Below, in pieces: positions 12,001 through 24,000 of a stretch of 64,000 bases of DNA. How positions within the stretch are numbered: position 1 is the stretch's first letter; every line of letters starts with the position of its first letter. Source of the stretch: Giardia intestinalis (taxonomy: Eukaryota); NCBI GenBank assembly GCA_000002435.2, contig CM018793.1. One strand, 5' to 3'. The position numbers were made by a program, and so were the translations under genes. Under the pieces are notes generated by a model, which saw only the letters and a list, made by a program, of their open reading frames with translations, ran no database searches and was not told the origin of the DNA.

Positions 12001-15000
12001 NNNNNNNNNNNNNNNNNNNNNNNNNNNNNNNNNNNNNNNNNNNNNNNNNNNNNNNNNNNNNNNNNNNNNNNNNNNNNNNNNNNNNNNNNNNNNNNNNNNN
12101 NNNNNNNNNNNNNNNNNNNNNNNNNNNNNNNNNNNNNNNNNNNNNNNNNNNNNNNNNNNNNNNNNNNNNNNNNNNNNNNNNNNNNNNNNNNNNNNNNNNN
12201 NNNNNNNNNNNNNNNNNNNNNNNNNNNNNNNNNNNNNNNNNNNNNNNNNNNNNNNNNNNNNNNNNNNNNNNNNNNNNNNNNNNNNNNNNNNNNNNNNNNN
12301 NNNNNNNNNNNNNNNNNNNNNNNNNNNNNNNNNNNNNNNNNNNNNNNNNNNNNNNNNNNNNNNNNNNNNNNNNNNNNNNNNNNNNNNNNNNNNNNNNNNN
12401 NNNNNNNNNNNNNNNNNNNNNNNNNNNNNNNNNNNNNNNNNNNNNNNNNNNNNNNNNNNNNNNNNNNNNNNNNNNNNNNNNNNNNNNNNNNNNNNNNNNN
12501 NNNNNNNNNNNNNNNNNNNNNNNNNNNNNNNNNNNNNNNNNNNNNNNNNNNNNNNNNNNNNNNNNNNNNNNNNNNNNNNNNNNNNNNNNNNNNNNNNNNN
12601 NNNNNNNNNNNNNNNNNNNNNNNNNNNNNNNNNNNNNNNNNNNNNNNNNNNNNNNNNNNNNNNNNNNNNNNNNNNNNNNNNNNNNNNNNNNNNNNNNNNN
12701 NNNNNNNNNNNNNNNNNNNNNNNNNNNNNNNNNNNNNNNNNNNNNNNNNNNNNNNNNNNNNNNNNNNNNNNNNNNNNNNNNNNNNNNNNNNNNNNNNNNN
12801 NNNNNNNNNNNNNNNNNNNNNNNNNNNNNNNNNNNNNNNNNNNNNNNNNNNNNNNNNNNNNNNNNNNNNNNNNNNNNNNNNNNNNNNNNNNNNNNNNNNN
12901 NNNNNNNNNNNNNNNNNNNNNNNNNNNNNNNNNNNNNNNNNNNNNNNNNNNNNNNNNNNNNNNNNNNNNNNNNNNNNNNNNNNNNNNNNNNNNNNNNNNN
13001 NNNNNNNNNNNNNNNNNNNNNNNNNNNNNNNNNNNNNNNNNNNNNNNNNNNNNNNNNNNNNNNNNNNNNNNNNNNNNNNNNNNNNNNNNNNNNNNNNNNN
13101 NNNNNNNNNNNNNNNNNNNNNNNNNNNNNNNNNNNNNNNNNNNNNNNNNNNNNNNNNNNNNNNNNNNNNNNNNNNNNNNNNNNNNNNNNNNNNNNNNNNN
13201 NNNNNNNNNNNNNNNNNNNNNNNNNNNNNNNNNNNNNNNNNNNNNNNNNNNNNNNNNNNNNNNNNNNNNNNNNNNNNNNNNNNNNNNNNNNNNNNNNNNN
13301 NNNNNNNNNNNNNNNNNNNNNNNNNNNNNNNNNNNNNNNNNNNNNNNNNNNNNNNNNNNNNNNNNNNNNNNNNNNNNNNNNNNNNNNNNNNNNNNNNNNN
13401 NNNNNNNNNNNNNNNNNNNNNNNNNNNNNNNNNNNNNNNNNNNNNNNNNNNNNNNNNNNNNNNNNNNNNNNNNNNNNNNNNNNNNNNNNNNNNNNNNNNN
13501 NNNNNNNNNNNNNNNNNNNNNNNNNNNNNNNNNNNNNNNNNNNNNNNNNNNNNNNNNNNNNNNNNNNNNNNNNNNNNNNNNNNNNNNNNNNNNNNNNNNN
13601 NNNNNNNNNNNNNNNNNNNNNNNNNNNNNNNNNNNNNNNNNNNNNNNNNNNNNNNNNNNNNNNNNNNNNNNNNNNNNNNNNNNNNNNNNNNNNNNNNNNN
13701 NNNNNNNNNNNNNNNNNNNNNNNNNNNNNNNNNNNNNNNNNNNNNNNNNNNNNNNNNNNNNNNNNNNNNNNNNNNNNNNNNNNNNNNNNNNNNNNNNNNN
13801 NNNNNNNNNNNNNNNNNNNNNNNNNNNNNNNNNNNNNNNNNNNNNNNNNNNNNNNNNNNNNNNNNNNNNNNNNNNNNNNNNNNNNNNNNNNNNNNNNNNN
13901 NNNNNNNNNNNNNNNNNNNNNNNNNNNNNNNNNNNNNNNNNNNNNNNNNNNNNNNNNNNNNNNNNNNNNNNNNNNNNNNNNNNNNNNNNNNNNNNNNNNN
14001 NNNNNNNNNNNNNNNNNNNNNNNNNNNNNNNNNNNNNNNNNNNNNNNNNNNNNNNNNNNNNNNNNNNNNNNNNNNNNNNNNNNNNNNNNNNNNNNNNNNN
14101 NNNNNNNNNNNNNNNNNNNNNNNNNNNNNNNNNNNNNNNNNNNNNNNNNNNNNNNNNNNNNNNNNNNNNNNNNNNNNNNNNNNNNNNNNNNNNNNNNNNN
14201 NNNNNNNNNNNNNNNNNNNNNNNNNNNNNNNNNNNNNNNNNNNNNNNNNNNNNNNNNNNNNNNNNNNNNNNNNNNNNNNNNNNNNNNNNNNNNNNNNNNN
14301 NNNNNNNNNNNNNNNNNNNNNNNNNNNNNNNNNNNNNNNNNNNNNNNNNNNNNNNNNNNNNNNNNNNNNNNNNNNNNNNNNNNNNNNNNNNNNNNNNNNN
14401 NNNNNNNNNNNNNNNNNNNNNNNNNNNNNNNNNNNNNNNNNNNNNNNNNNNNNNNNNNNNNNNNNNNNNNNNNNNNNNNNNNNNNNNNNNNNNNNNNNNN
14501 NNNNNNNNNNNNNNNNNNNNNNNNNNNNNNNNNNNNNNNNNNNNNNNNNNNNNNNNNNNNNNNNNNNNNNNNNNNNNNNNNNNNNNNNNNNNNNNNNNNN
14601 NNNNNNNNNNNNNNNNNNNNNNNNNNNNNNNNNNNNNNNNNNNNNNNNNNNNNNNNNNNNNNNNNNNNNNNNNNNNNNNNNNNNNNNNNNNNNNNNNNNN
14701 NNNNNNNNNNNNNNNNNNNNNNNNNNNNNNNNNNNNNNNNNNNNNNNNNNNNNNNNNNNNNNNNNNNNNNNNNNNNNNNNNNNNNNNNNNNNNNNNNNNN
14801 NNNNNNNNNNNNNNNNNNNNNNNNNNNNNNNNNNNNNNNNNNNNNNNNNNNNNNNNNNNNNNNNNNNNNNNNNNNNNNNNNNNNNNNNNNNNNNNNNNNN
14901 NNNNNNNNNNNNNNNNNNNNNNNNNNNNNNNNNNNNNNNNNNNNNNNNNNNNNNNNNNNNNNNNNNNNNNNNNNNNNNNNNNNNNNNNNNNNNNNNNNNN

Positions 15001-18000
15001 NNNNNNNNNNNNNNNNNNNNNNNNNNNNNNNNNNNNNNNNNNNNNNNNNNNNNNNNNNNNNNNNNNNNNNNNNNNNNNNNNNNNNNNNNNNNNNNNNNNN
15101 NNNNNNNNNNNNNNNNNNNNNNNNNNNNNNNNNNNNNNNNNNNNNNNNNNNNNNNNNNNNNNNNNNNNNNNNNNNNNNNNNNNNNNNNNNNNNNNNNNNN
15201 NNNNNNNNNNNNNNNNNNNNNNNNNNNNNNNNNNNNNNNNNNNNNNNNNNNNNNNNNNNNNNNNNNNNNNNNNNNNNNNNNNNNNNNNNNNNNNNNNNNN
15301 NNNNNNNNNNNNNNNNNNNNNNNNNNNNNNNNNNNNNNNNNNNNNNNNNNNNNNNNNNNNNNNNNNNNNNNNNNNNNNNNNNNNNNNNNNNNNNNNNNNN
15401 NNNNNNNNNNNNNNNNNNNNNNNNNNNNNNNNNNNNNNNNNNNNNNNNNNNNNNNNNNNNNNNNNNNNNNNNNNNNNNNNNNNNNNNNNNNNNNNNNNNN
15501 NNNNNNNNNNNNNNNNNNNNNNNNNNNNNNNNNNNNNNNNNNNNNNNNNNNNNNNNNNNNNNNNNNNNNNNNNNNNNNNNNNNNNNNNNNNNNNNNNNNN
15601 NNNNNNNNNNNNNNNNNNNNNNNNNNNNNNNNNNNNNNNNNNNNNNNNNNNNNNNNNNNNNNNNNNNNNNNNNNNNNNNNNNNNNNNNNNNNNNNNNNNN
15701 NNNNNNNNNNNNNNNNNNNNNNNNNNNNNNNNNNNNNNNNNNNNNNNNNNNNNNNNNNNNNNNNNNNNNNNNNNNNNNNNNNNNNNNNNNNNNNNNNNNN
15801 NNNNNNNNNNNNNNNNNNNNNNNNNNNNNNNNNNNNNNNNNNNNNNNNNNNNNNNNNNNNNNNNNNNNNNNNNNNNNNNNNNNNNNNNNNNNNNNNNNNN
15901 NNNNNNNNNNNNNNNNNNNNNNNNNNNNNNNNNNNNNNNNNNNNNNNNNNNNNNNNNNNNNNNNNNNNNNNNNNNNNNNNNNNNNNNNNNNNNNNNNNNN
16001 NNNNNNNNNNNNNNNNNNNNNNNNNNNNNNNNNNNNNNNNNNNNNNNNNNNNNNNNNNNNNNNNNNNNNNNNNNNNNNNNNNNNNNNNNNNNNNNNNNNN
16101 NNNNNNNNNNNNNNNNNNNNNNNNNNNNNNNNNNNNNNNNNNNNNNNNNNNNNNNNNNNNNNNNNNNNNNNNNNNNNNNNNNNNNNNNNNNNNNNNNNNN
16201 NNNNNNNNNNNNNNNNNNNNNNNNNNNNNNNNNNNNNNNNNNNNNNNNNNNNNNNNNNNNNNNNNNNNNNNNNNNNNNNNNNNNNNNNNNNNNNNNNNNN
16301 NNNNNNNNNNNNNNNNNNNNNNNNNNNNNNNNNNNNNNNNNNNNNNNNNNNNNNNNNNNNNNNNNNNNNNNNNNNNNNNNNNNNNNNNNNNNNNNNNNNN
16401 NNNNNNNNNNNNNNNNNNNNNNNNNNNNNNNNNNNNNNNNNNNNNNNNNNNNNNNNNNNNNNNNNNNNNNNNNNNNNNNNNNNNNNNNNNNNNNNNNNNN
16501 NNNNNNNNNNNNNNNNNNNNNNNNNNNNNNNNNNNNNNNNNNNNNNNNNNNNNNNNNNNNNNNNNNNNNNNNNNNNNNNNNNNNNNNNNNNNNNNNNNNN
16601 NNNNNNNNNNNNNNNNNNNNNNNNNNNNNNNNNNNNNNNNNNNNNNNNNNNNNNNNNNNNNNNNNNNNNNNNNNNNNNNNNNNNNNNNNNNNNNNNNNNN
16701 NNNNNNNNNNNNNNNNNNNNNNNNNNNNNNNNNNNNNNNNNNNNNNNNNNNNNNNNNNNNNNNNNNNNNNNNNNNNNNNNNNNNNNNNNNNNNNNNNNNN
16801 NNNNNNNNNNNNNNNNNNNNNNNNNNNNNNNNNNNNNNNNNNNNNNNNNNNNNNNNNNNNNNNNNNNNNNNNNNNNNNNNNNNNNNNNNNNNNNNNNNNN
16901 NNNNNNNNNNNNNNNNNNNNNNNNNNNNNNNNNNNNNNNNNNNNNNNNNNNNNNNNNNNNNNNNNNNNNNNNNNNNNNNNNNNNNNNNNNNNNNNNNNNN
17001 NNNNNNNNNNNNNNNNNNNNNNNNNNNNNNNNNNNNNNNNNNNNNNNNNNNNNNNNNNNNNNNNNNNNNNNNNNNNNNNNNNNNNNNNNNNNNNNNNNNN
17101 NNNNNNNNNNNNNNNNNNNNNNNNNNNNNNNNNNNNNNNNNNNNNNNNNNNNNNNNNNNNNNNNNNNNNNNNNNNNNNNNNNNNNNNNNNNNNNNNNNNN
17201 NNNNNNNNNNNNNNNNNNNNNNNNNNNNNNNNNNNNNNNNNNNNNNNNNNNNNNNNNNNNNNNNNNNNNNNNNNNNNNNNNNNNNNNNNNNNNNNNNNNN
17301 NNNNNNNNNNNNNNNNNNNNNNNNNNNNNNNNNNNNNNNNNNNNNNNNNNNNNNNNNNNNNNNNNNNNNNNNNNNNNNNNNNNNNNNNNNNNNNNNNNNN
17401 NNNNNNNNNNNNNNNNNNNNNNNNNNNNNNNNNNNNNNNNNNNNNNNNNNNNNNNNNNNNNNNNNNNNNNNNNNNNNNNNNNNNNNNNNNNNNNNNNNNN
17501 NNNNNNNNNNNNNNNNNNNNNNNNNNNNNNNNNNNNNNNNNNNNNNNNNNNNNNNNNNNNNNNNNNNNNNNNNNNNNNNNNNNNNNNNNNNNNNNNNNNN
17601 NNNNNNNNNNNNNNNNNNNNNNNNNNNNNNNNNNNNNNNNNNNNNNNNNNNNNNNNNNNNNNNNNNNNNNNNNNNNNNNNNNNNNNNNNNNNNNNNNNNN
17701 NNNNNNNNNNNNNNNNNNNNNNNNNNNNNNNNNNNNNNNNNNNNNNNNNNNNNNNNNNNNNNNNNNNNNNNNNNNNNNNNNNNNNNNNNNNNNNNNNNNN
17801 NNNNNNNNNNNNNNNNNNNNNNNNNNNNNNNNNNNNNNNNNNNNNNNNNNNNNNNNNNNNNNNNNNNNNNNNNNNNNNNNNNNNNNNNNNNNNNNNNNNN
17901 NNNNNNNNNNNNNNNNNNNNNNNNNNNNNNNNNNNNNNNNNNNNNNNNNNNNNNNNNNNNNNNNNNNNNNNNNNNNNNNNNNNNNNNNNNNNNNNNNNNN

Positions 18001-21000
18001 NNNNNNNNNNNNNNNNNNNNNNNNNNNNNNNNNNNNNNNNNNNNNNNNNNNNNNNNNNNNNNNNNNNNNNNNNNNNNNNNNNNNNNNNNNNNNNNNNNNN
18101 NNNNNNNNNNNNNNNNNNNNNNNNNNNNNNNNNNNNNNNNNNNNNNNNNNNNNNNNNNNNNNNNNNNNNNNNNNNNNNNNNNNNNNNNNNNNNNNNNNNN
18201 NNNNNNNNNNNNNNNNNNNNNNNNNNNNNNNNNNNNNNNNNNNNNNNNNNNNNNNNNNNNNNNNNNNNNNNNNNNNNNNNNNNNNNNNNNNNNNNNNNNN
18301 NNNNNNNNNNNNNNNNNNNNNNNNNNNNNNNNNNNNNNNNNNNNNNNNNNNNNNNNNNNNNNNNNNNNNNNNNNNNNNNNNNNNNNNNNNNNNNNNNNNN
18401 NNNNNNNNNNNNNNNNNNNNNNNNNNNNNNNNNNNNNNNNNNNNNNNNNNNNNNNNNNNNNNNNNNNNNNNNNNNNNNNNNNNNNNNNNNNNNNNNNNNN
18501 NNNNNNNNNNNNNNNNNNNNNNNNNNNNNNNNNNNNNNNNNNNNNNNNNNNNNNNNNNNNNNNNNNNNNNNNNNNNNNNNNNNNNNNNNNNNNNNNNNNN
18601 NNNNNNNNNNNNNNNNNNNNNNNNNNNNNNNNNNNNNNNNNNNNNNNNNNNNNNNNNNNNNNNNNNNNNNNNNNNNNNNNNNNNNNNNNNNNNNNNNNNN
18701 NNNNNNNNNNNNNNNNNNNNNNNNNNNNNNNNNNNNNNNNNNNNNNNNNNNNNNNNNNNNNNNNNNNNNNNNNNNNNNNNNNNNNNNNNNNNNNNNNNNN
18801 NNNNNNNNNNNNNNNNNNNNNNNNNNNNNNNNNNNNNNNNNNNNNNNNNNNNNNNNNNNNNNNNNNNNNNNNNNNNNNNNNNNNNNNNNNNNNNNNNNNN
18901 NNNNNNNNNNNNNNNNNNNNNNNNNNNNNNNNNNNNNNNNNNNNNNNNNNNNNNNNNNNNNNNNNNNNNNNNNNNNNNNNNNNNNNNNNNNNNNNNNNNN
19001 NNNNNNNNNNNNNNNNNNNNNNNNNNNNNNNNNNNNNNNNNNNNNNNNNNNNNNNNNNNNNNNNNNNNNNNNNNNNNNNNNNNNNNNNNNNNNNNNNNNN
19101 NNNNNNNNNNNNNNNNNNNNNNNNNNNNNNNNNNNNNNNNNNNNNNNNNNNNNNNNNNNNNNNNNNNNNNNNNNNNNNNNNNNNNNNNNNNNNNNNNNNN
19201 NNNNNNNNNNNNNNNNNNNNNNNNNNNNNNNNNNNNNNNNNNNNNNNNNNNNNNNNNNNNNNNNNNNNNNNNNNNNNNNNNNNNNNNNNNNNNNNNNNNN
19301 NNNNNNNNNNNNNNNNNNNNNNNNNNNNNNNNNNNNNNNNNNNNNNNNNNNNNNNNNNNNNNNNNNNNNNNNNNNNNNNNNNNNNNNNNNNNNNNNNNNN
19401 NNNNNNNNNNNNNNNNNNNNNNNNNNNNNNNNNNNNNNNNNNNNNNNNNNNNNNNNNNNNNNNNNNNNNNNNNNNNNNNNNNNNNNNNNNNNNNNNNNNN
19501 NNNNNNNNNNNNNNNNNNNNNNNNNNNNNNNNNNNNNNNNNNNNNNNNNNNNNNNNNNNNNNNNNNNNNNNNNNNNNNNNNNNNNNNNNNNNNNNNNNNN
19601 NNNNNNNNNNNNNNNNNNNNNNNNNNNNNNNNNNNNNNNNNNNNNNNNNNNNNNNNNNNNNNNNNNNNNNNNNNNNNNNNNNNNNNNNNNNNNNNNNNNN
19701 NNNNNNNNNNNNNNNNNNNNNNNNNNNNNNNNNNNNNNNNNNNNNNNNNNNNNNNNNNNNNNNNNNNNNNNNNNNNNNNNNNNNNNNNNNNNNNNNNNNN
19801 NNNNNNNNNNNNNNNNNNNNNNNNNNNNNNNNNNNNNNNNNNNNNNNNNNNNNNNNNNNNNNNNNNNNNNNNNNNNNNNNNNNNNNNNNNNNNNNNNNNN
19901 NNNNNNNNNNNNNNNNNNNNNNNNNNNNNNNNNNNNNNNNNNNNNNNNNNNNNNNNNNNNNNNNNNNNNNNNNNNNNNNNNNNNNNNNNNNNNNNNNNNN
20001 NNNNNNNNNNNNNNNNNNNNNNNNNNNNNNNNNNNNNNNNNNNNNNNNNNNNNNNNNNNNNNNNNNNNNNNNNNNNNNNNNNNNNNNNNNNNNNNNNNNN
20101 NNNNNNNNNNNNNNNNNNNNNNNNNNNNNNNNNNNNNNNNNNNNNNNNNNNNNNNNNNNNNNNNNNNNNNNNNNNNNNNNNNNNNNNNNNNNNNNNNNNN
20201 NNNNNNNNNNNNNNNNNNNNNNNNNNNNNNNNNNNNNNNNNNNNNNNNNNNNNNNNNNNNNNNNNNNNNNNNNNNNNNNNNNNNNNNNNNNNNNNNNNNN
20301 NNNNNNNNNNNNNNNNNNNNNNNNNNNNNNNNNNNNNNNNNNNNNNNNNNNNNNNNNNNNNNNNNNNNNNNNNNNNNNNNNNNNNNNNNNNNNNNNNNNN
20401 NNNNNNNNNNNNNNNNNNNNNNNNNNNNNNNNNNNNNNNNNNNNNNNNNNNNNNNNNNNNNNNNNNNNNNNNNNNNNNNNNNNNNNNNNNNNNNNNNNNN
20501 NNNNNNNNNNNNNNNNNNNNNNNNNNNNNNNNNNNNNNNNNNNNNNNNNNNNNNNNNNNNNNNNNNNNNNNNNNNNNNNNNNNNNNNNNNNNNNNNNNNN
20601 NNNNNNNNNNNNNNNNNNNNNNNNNNNNNNNNNNNNNNNNNNNNNNNNNNNNNNNNNNNNNNNNNNNNNNNNNNNNNNNNNNNNNNNNNNNNNNNNNNNN
20701 NNNNNNNNNNNNNNNNNNNNNNNNNNNNNNNNNNNNNNNNNNNNNNNNNNNNNNNNNNNNNNNNNNNNNNNNNNNNNNNNNNNNNNNNNNNNNNNNNNNN
20801 NNNNNNNNNNNNNNNNNNNNNNNNNNNNNNNNNNNNNNNNNNNNNNNNNNNNNNNNNNNNNNNNNNNNNNNNNNNNNNNNNNNNNNNNNNNNNNNNNNNN
20901 NNNNNNNNNNNNNNNNNNNNNNNNNNNNNNNNNNNNNNNNNNNNNNNNNNNNNNNNNNNNNNNNNNNNNNNNNNNNNNNNNNNNNNNNNNNNNNNNNNNN

Positions 21001-24000
21001 NNNNNNNNNNNNNNNNNNNNNNNNNNNNNNNNNNNNNNNNNNNNNNNNNNNNNNNNNNNNNNNNNNNNNNNNNNNNNNNNNNNNNNNNNNNNNNNNNNNN
21101 NNNNNNNNNNNNNNNNNNNNNNNNNNNNNNNNNNNNNNNNNNNNNNNNNNNNNNNNNNNNNNNNNNNNNNNNNNNNNNNNNNNNNNNNNNNNNNNNNNNN
21201 NNNNNNNNNNNNNNNNNNNNNNNNNNNNNNNNNNNNNNNNNNNNNNNNNNNNNNNNNNNNNNNNNNNNNNNNNNNNNNNNNNNNNNNNNNNNNNNNNNNN
21301 NNNNNNNNNNNNNNNNNNNNNNNNNNNNNNNNNNNNNNNNNNNNNNNNNNNNNNNNNNNNNNNNNNNNNNNNNNNNNNNNNNNNNNNNNNNNNNNNNNNN
21401 NNNNNNNNNNNNNNNNNNNNNNNNNNNNNNNNNNNNNNNNNNNNNNNNNNNNNNNNNNNNNNNNNNNNNNNNNNNNNNNNNNNNNNNNNNNNNNNNNNNN
21501 NNNNNNNNNNNNNNNNNNNNNNNNNNNNNNNNNNNNNNNNNNNNNNNNNNNNNNNNNNNNNNNNNNNNNNNNNNNNNNNNNNNNNNNNNNNNNNNNNNNN
21601 NNNNNNNNNNNNNNNNNNNNNNNNNNNNNNNNNNNNNNNNNNNNNNNNNNNNNNNNNNNNNNNNNNNNNNNNNNNNNNNNNNNNNNNNNNNNNNNNNNNN
21701 NNNNNNNNNNNNNNNNNNNNNNNNNNNNNNNNNNNNNNNNNNNNNNNNNNNNNNNNNNNNNNNNNNNNNNNNNNNNNNNNNNNNNNNNNNNNNNNNNNNN
21801 NNNNNNNNNNNNNNNNNNNNNNNNNNNNNNNNNNNNNNNNNNNNNNNNNNNNNNNNNNNNNNNNNNNNNNNNNNNNNNNNNNNNNNNNNNNNNNNNNNNN
21901 NNNNNNNNNNNNNNNNNNNNNNNNNNNNNNNNNNNNNNNNNNNNNNNNNNNNNNNNNNNNNNNNNNNNNNNNNNNNNNNNNNNNNNNNNNNNNNNNNNNN
22001 NNNNNNNNNNNNNNNNNNNNNNNNNNNNNNNNNNNNNNNNNNNNNNNNNNNNNNNNNNNNNNNNNNNNNNNNNNNNNNNNNNNNNNNNNNNNNNNNNNNN
22101 NNNNNNNNNNNNNNNNNNNNNNNNNNNNNNNNNNNNNNNNNNNNNNNNNNNNNNNNNNNNNNNNNNNNNNNNNNNNNNNNNNNNNNNNNNNNNNNNNNNN
22201 NNNNNNNNNNNNNNNNNNNNNNNNNNNNNNNNNNNNNNNNNNNNNNNNNNNNNNNNNNNNNNNNNNNNNNNNNNNNNNNNNNNNNNNNNNNNNNNNNNNN
22301 NNNNNNNNNNNNNNNNNNNNNNNNNNNNNNNNNNNNNNNNNNNNNNNNNNNNNNNNNNNNNNNNNNNNNNNNNNNNNNNNNNNNNNNNNNNNNNNNNNNN
22401 NNNNNNNNNNNNNNNNNNNNNNNNNNNNNNNNNNNNNNNNNNNNNNNNNNNNNNNNNNNNNNNNNNNNNNNNNNNNNNNNNNNNNNNNNNNNNNNNNNNN
22501 NNNNNNNNNNNNNNNNNNNNNNNNNNNNNNNNNNNNNNNNNNNNNNNNNNNNNNNNNNNNNNNNNNNNNNNNNNNNNNNNNNNNNNNNNNNNNNNNNNNN
22601 NNNNNNNNNNNNNNNNNNNNNNNNNNNNNNNNNNNNNNNNNNNNNNNNNNNNNNNNNNNNNNNNNNNNNNNNNNNNNNNNNNNNNNNNNNNNNNNNNNNN
22701 NNNNNNNNNNNNNNNNNNNNNNNNNNNNNNNNNNNNNNNNNNNNNNNNNNNNNNNNNNNNNNNNNNNNNNNNNNNNNNNNNNNNNNNNNNNNNNNNNNNN
22801 NNNNNNNNNNNNNNNNNNNNNNNNNNNNNNNNNNNNNNNNNNNNNNNNNNNNNNNNNNNNNNNNNNNNNNNNNNNNNNNNNNNNNNNNNNNNNNNNNNNN
22901 NNNNNNNNNNNNNNNNNNNNNNNNNNNNNNNNNNNNNNNNNNNNNNNNNNNNNNNNNNNNNNNNNNNNNNNNNNNNNNNNNNNNNNNNNNNNNNNNNNNN
23001 NNNNNNNNNNNNNNNNNNNNNNNNNNNNNNNNNNNNNNNNNNNNNNNNNNNNNNNNNNNNNNNNNNNNNNNNNNNNNNNNNNNNNNNNNNNNNNNNNNNN
23101 NNNNNNNNNNNNNNNNNNNNNNNNNNNNNNNNNNNNNNNNNNNNNNNNNNNNNNNNNNNNNNNNNNNNNNNNNNNNNNNNNNNNNNNNNNNNNNNNNNNN
23201 NNNNNNNNNNNNNNNNNNNNNNNNNNNNNNNNNNNNNNNNNNNNNNNNNNNNNNNNNNNNNNNNNNNNNNNNNNNNNNNNNNNNNNNNNNNNNNNNNNNN
23301 NNNNNNNNNNNNNNNNNNNNNNNNNNNNNNNNNNNNNNNNNNNNNNNNNNNNNNNNNNNNNNNNNNNNNNNNNNNNNNNNNNNNNNNNNNNNNNNNNNNN
23401 NNNNNNNNNNNNNNNNNNNNNNNNNNNNNNNNNNNNNNNNNNNNNNNNNNNNNNNNNNNNNNNNNNNNNNNNNNNNNNNNNNNNNNNNNNNNNNNNNNNN
23501 NNNNNNNNNNNNNNNNNNNNNNNNNNNNNNNNNNNNNNNNNNNNNNNNNNNNNNNNNNNNNNNNNNNNNNNNNNNNNNNNNNNNNNNNNNNNNNNNNNNN
23601 NNNNNNNNNNNNNNNNNNNNNNNNNNNNNNNNNNNNNNNNNNNNNNNNNNNNNNNNNNNNNNNNNNNNNNNNNNNNNNNNNNNNNNNNNNNNNNNNNNNN
23701 NNNNNNNNNNNNNNNNNNNNNNNNNNNNNNNNNNNNNNNNNNNNNNNNNNNNNNNNNNNNNNNNNNNNNNNNNNNNNNNNNNNNNNNNNNNNNNNNNNNN
23801 NNNNNNNNNNNNNNNNNNNNNNNNNNNNNNNNNNNNNNNNNNNNNNNNNNNNNNNNNNNNNNNNNNNNNNNNNNNNNNNNNNNNNNNNNNNNNNNNNNNN
23901 NNNNNNNNNNNNNNNNNNNNNNNNNNNNNNNNNNNNNNNNNNNNNNNNNNNNNNNNNNNNNNNNNNNNNNNNNNNNNNNNNNNNNNNNNNNNNNNNNNNN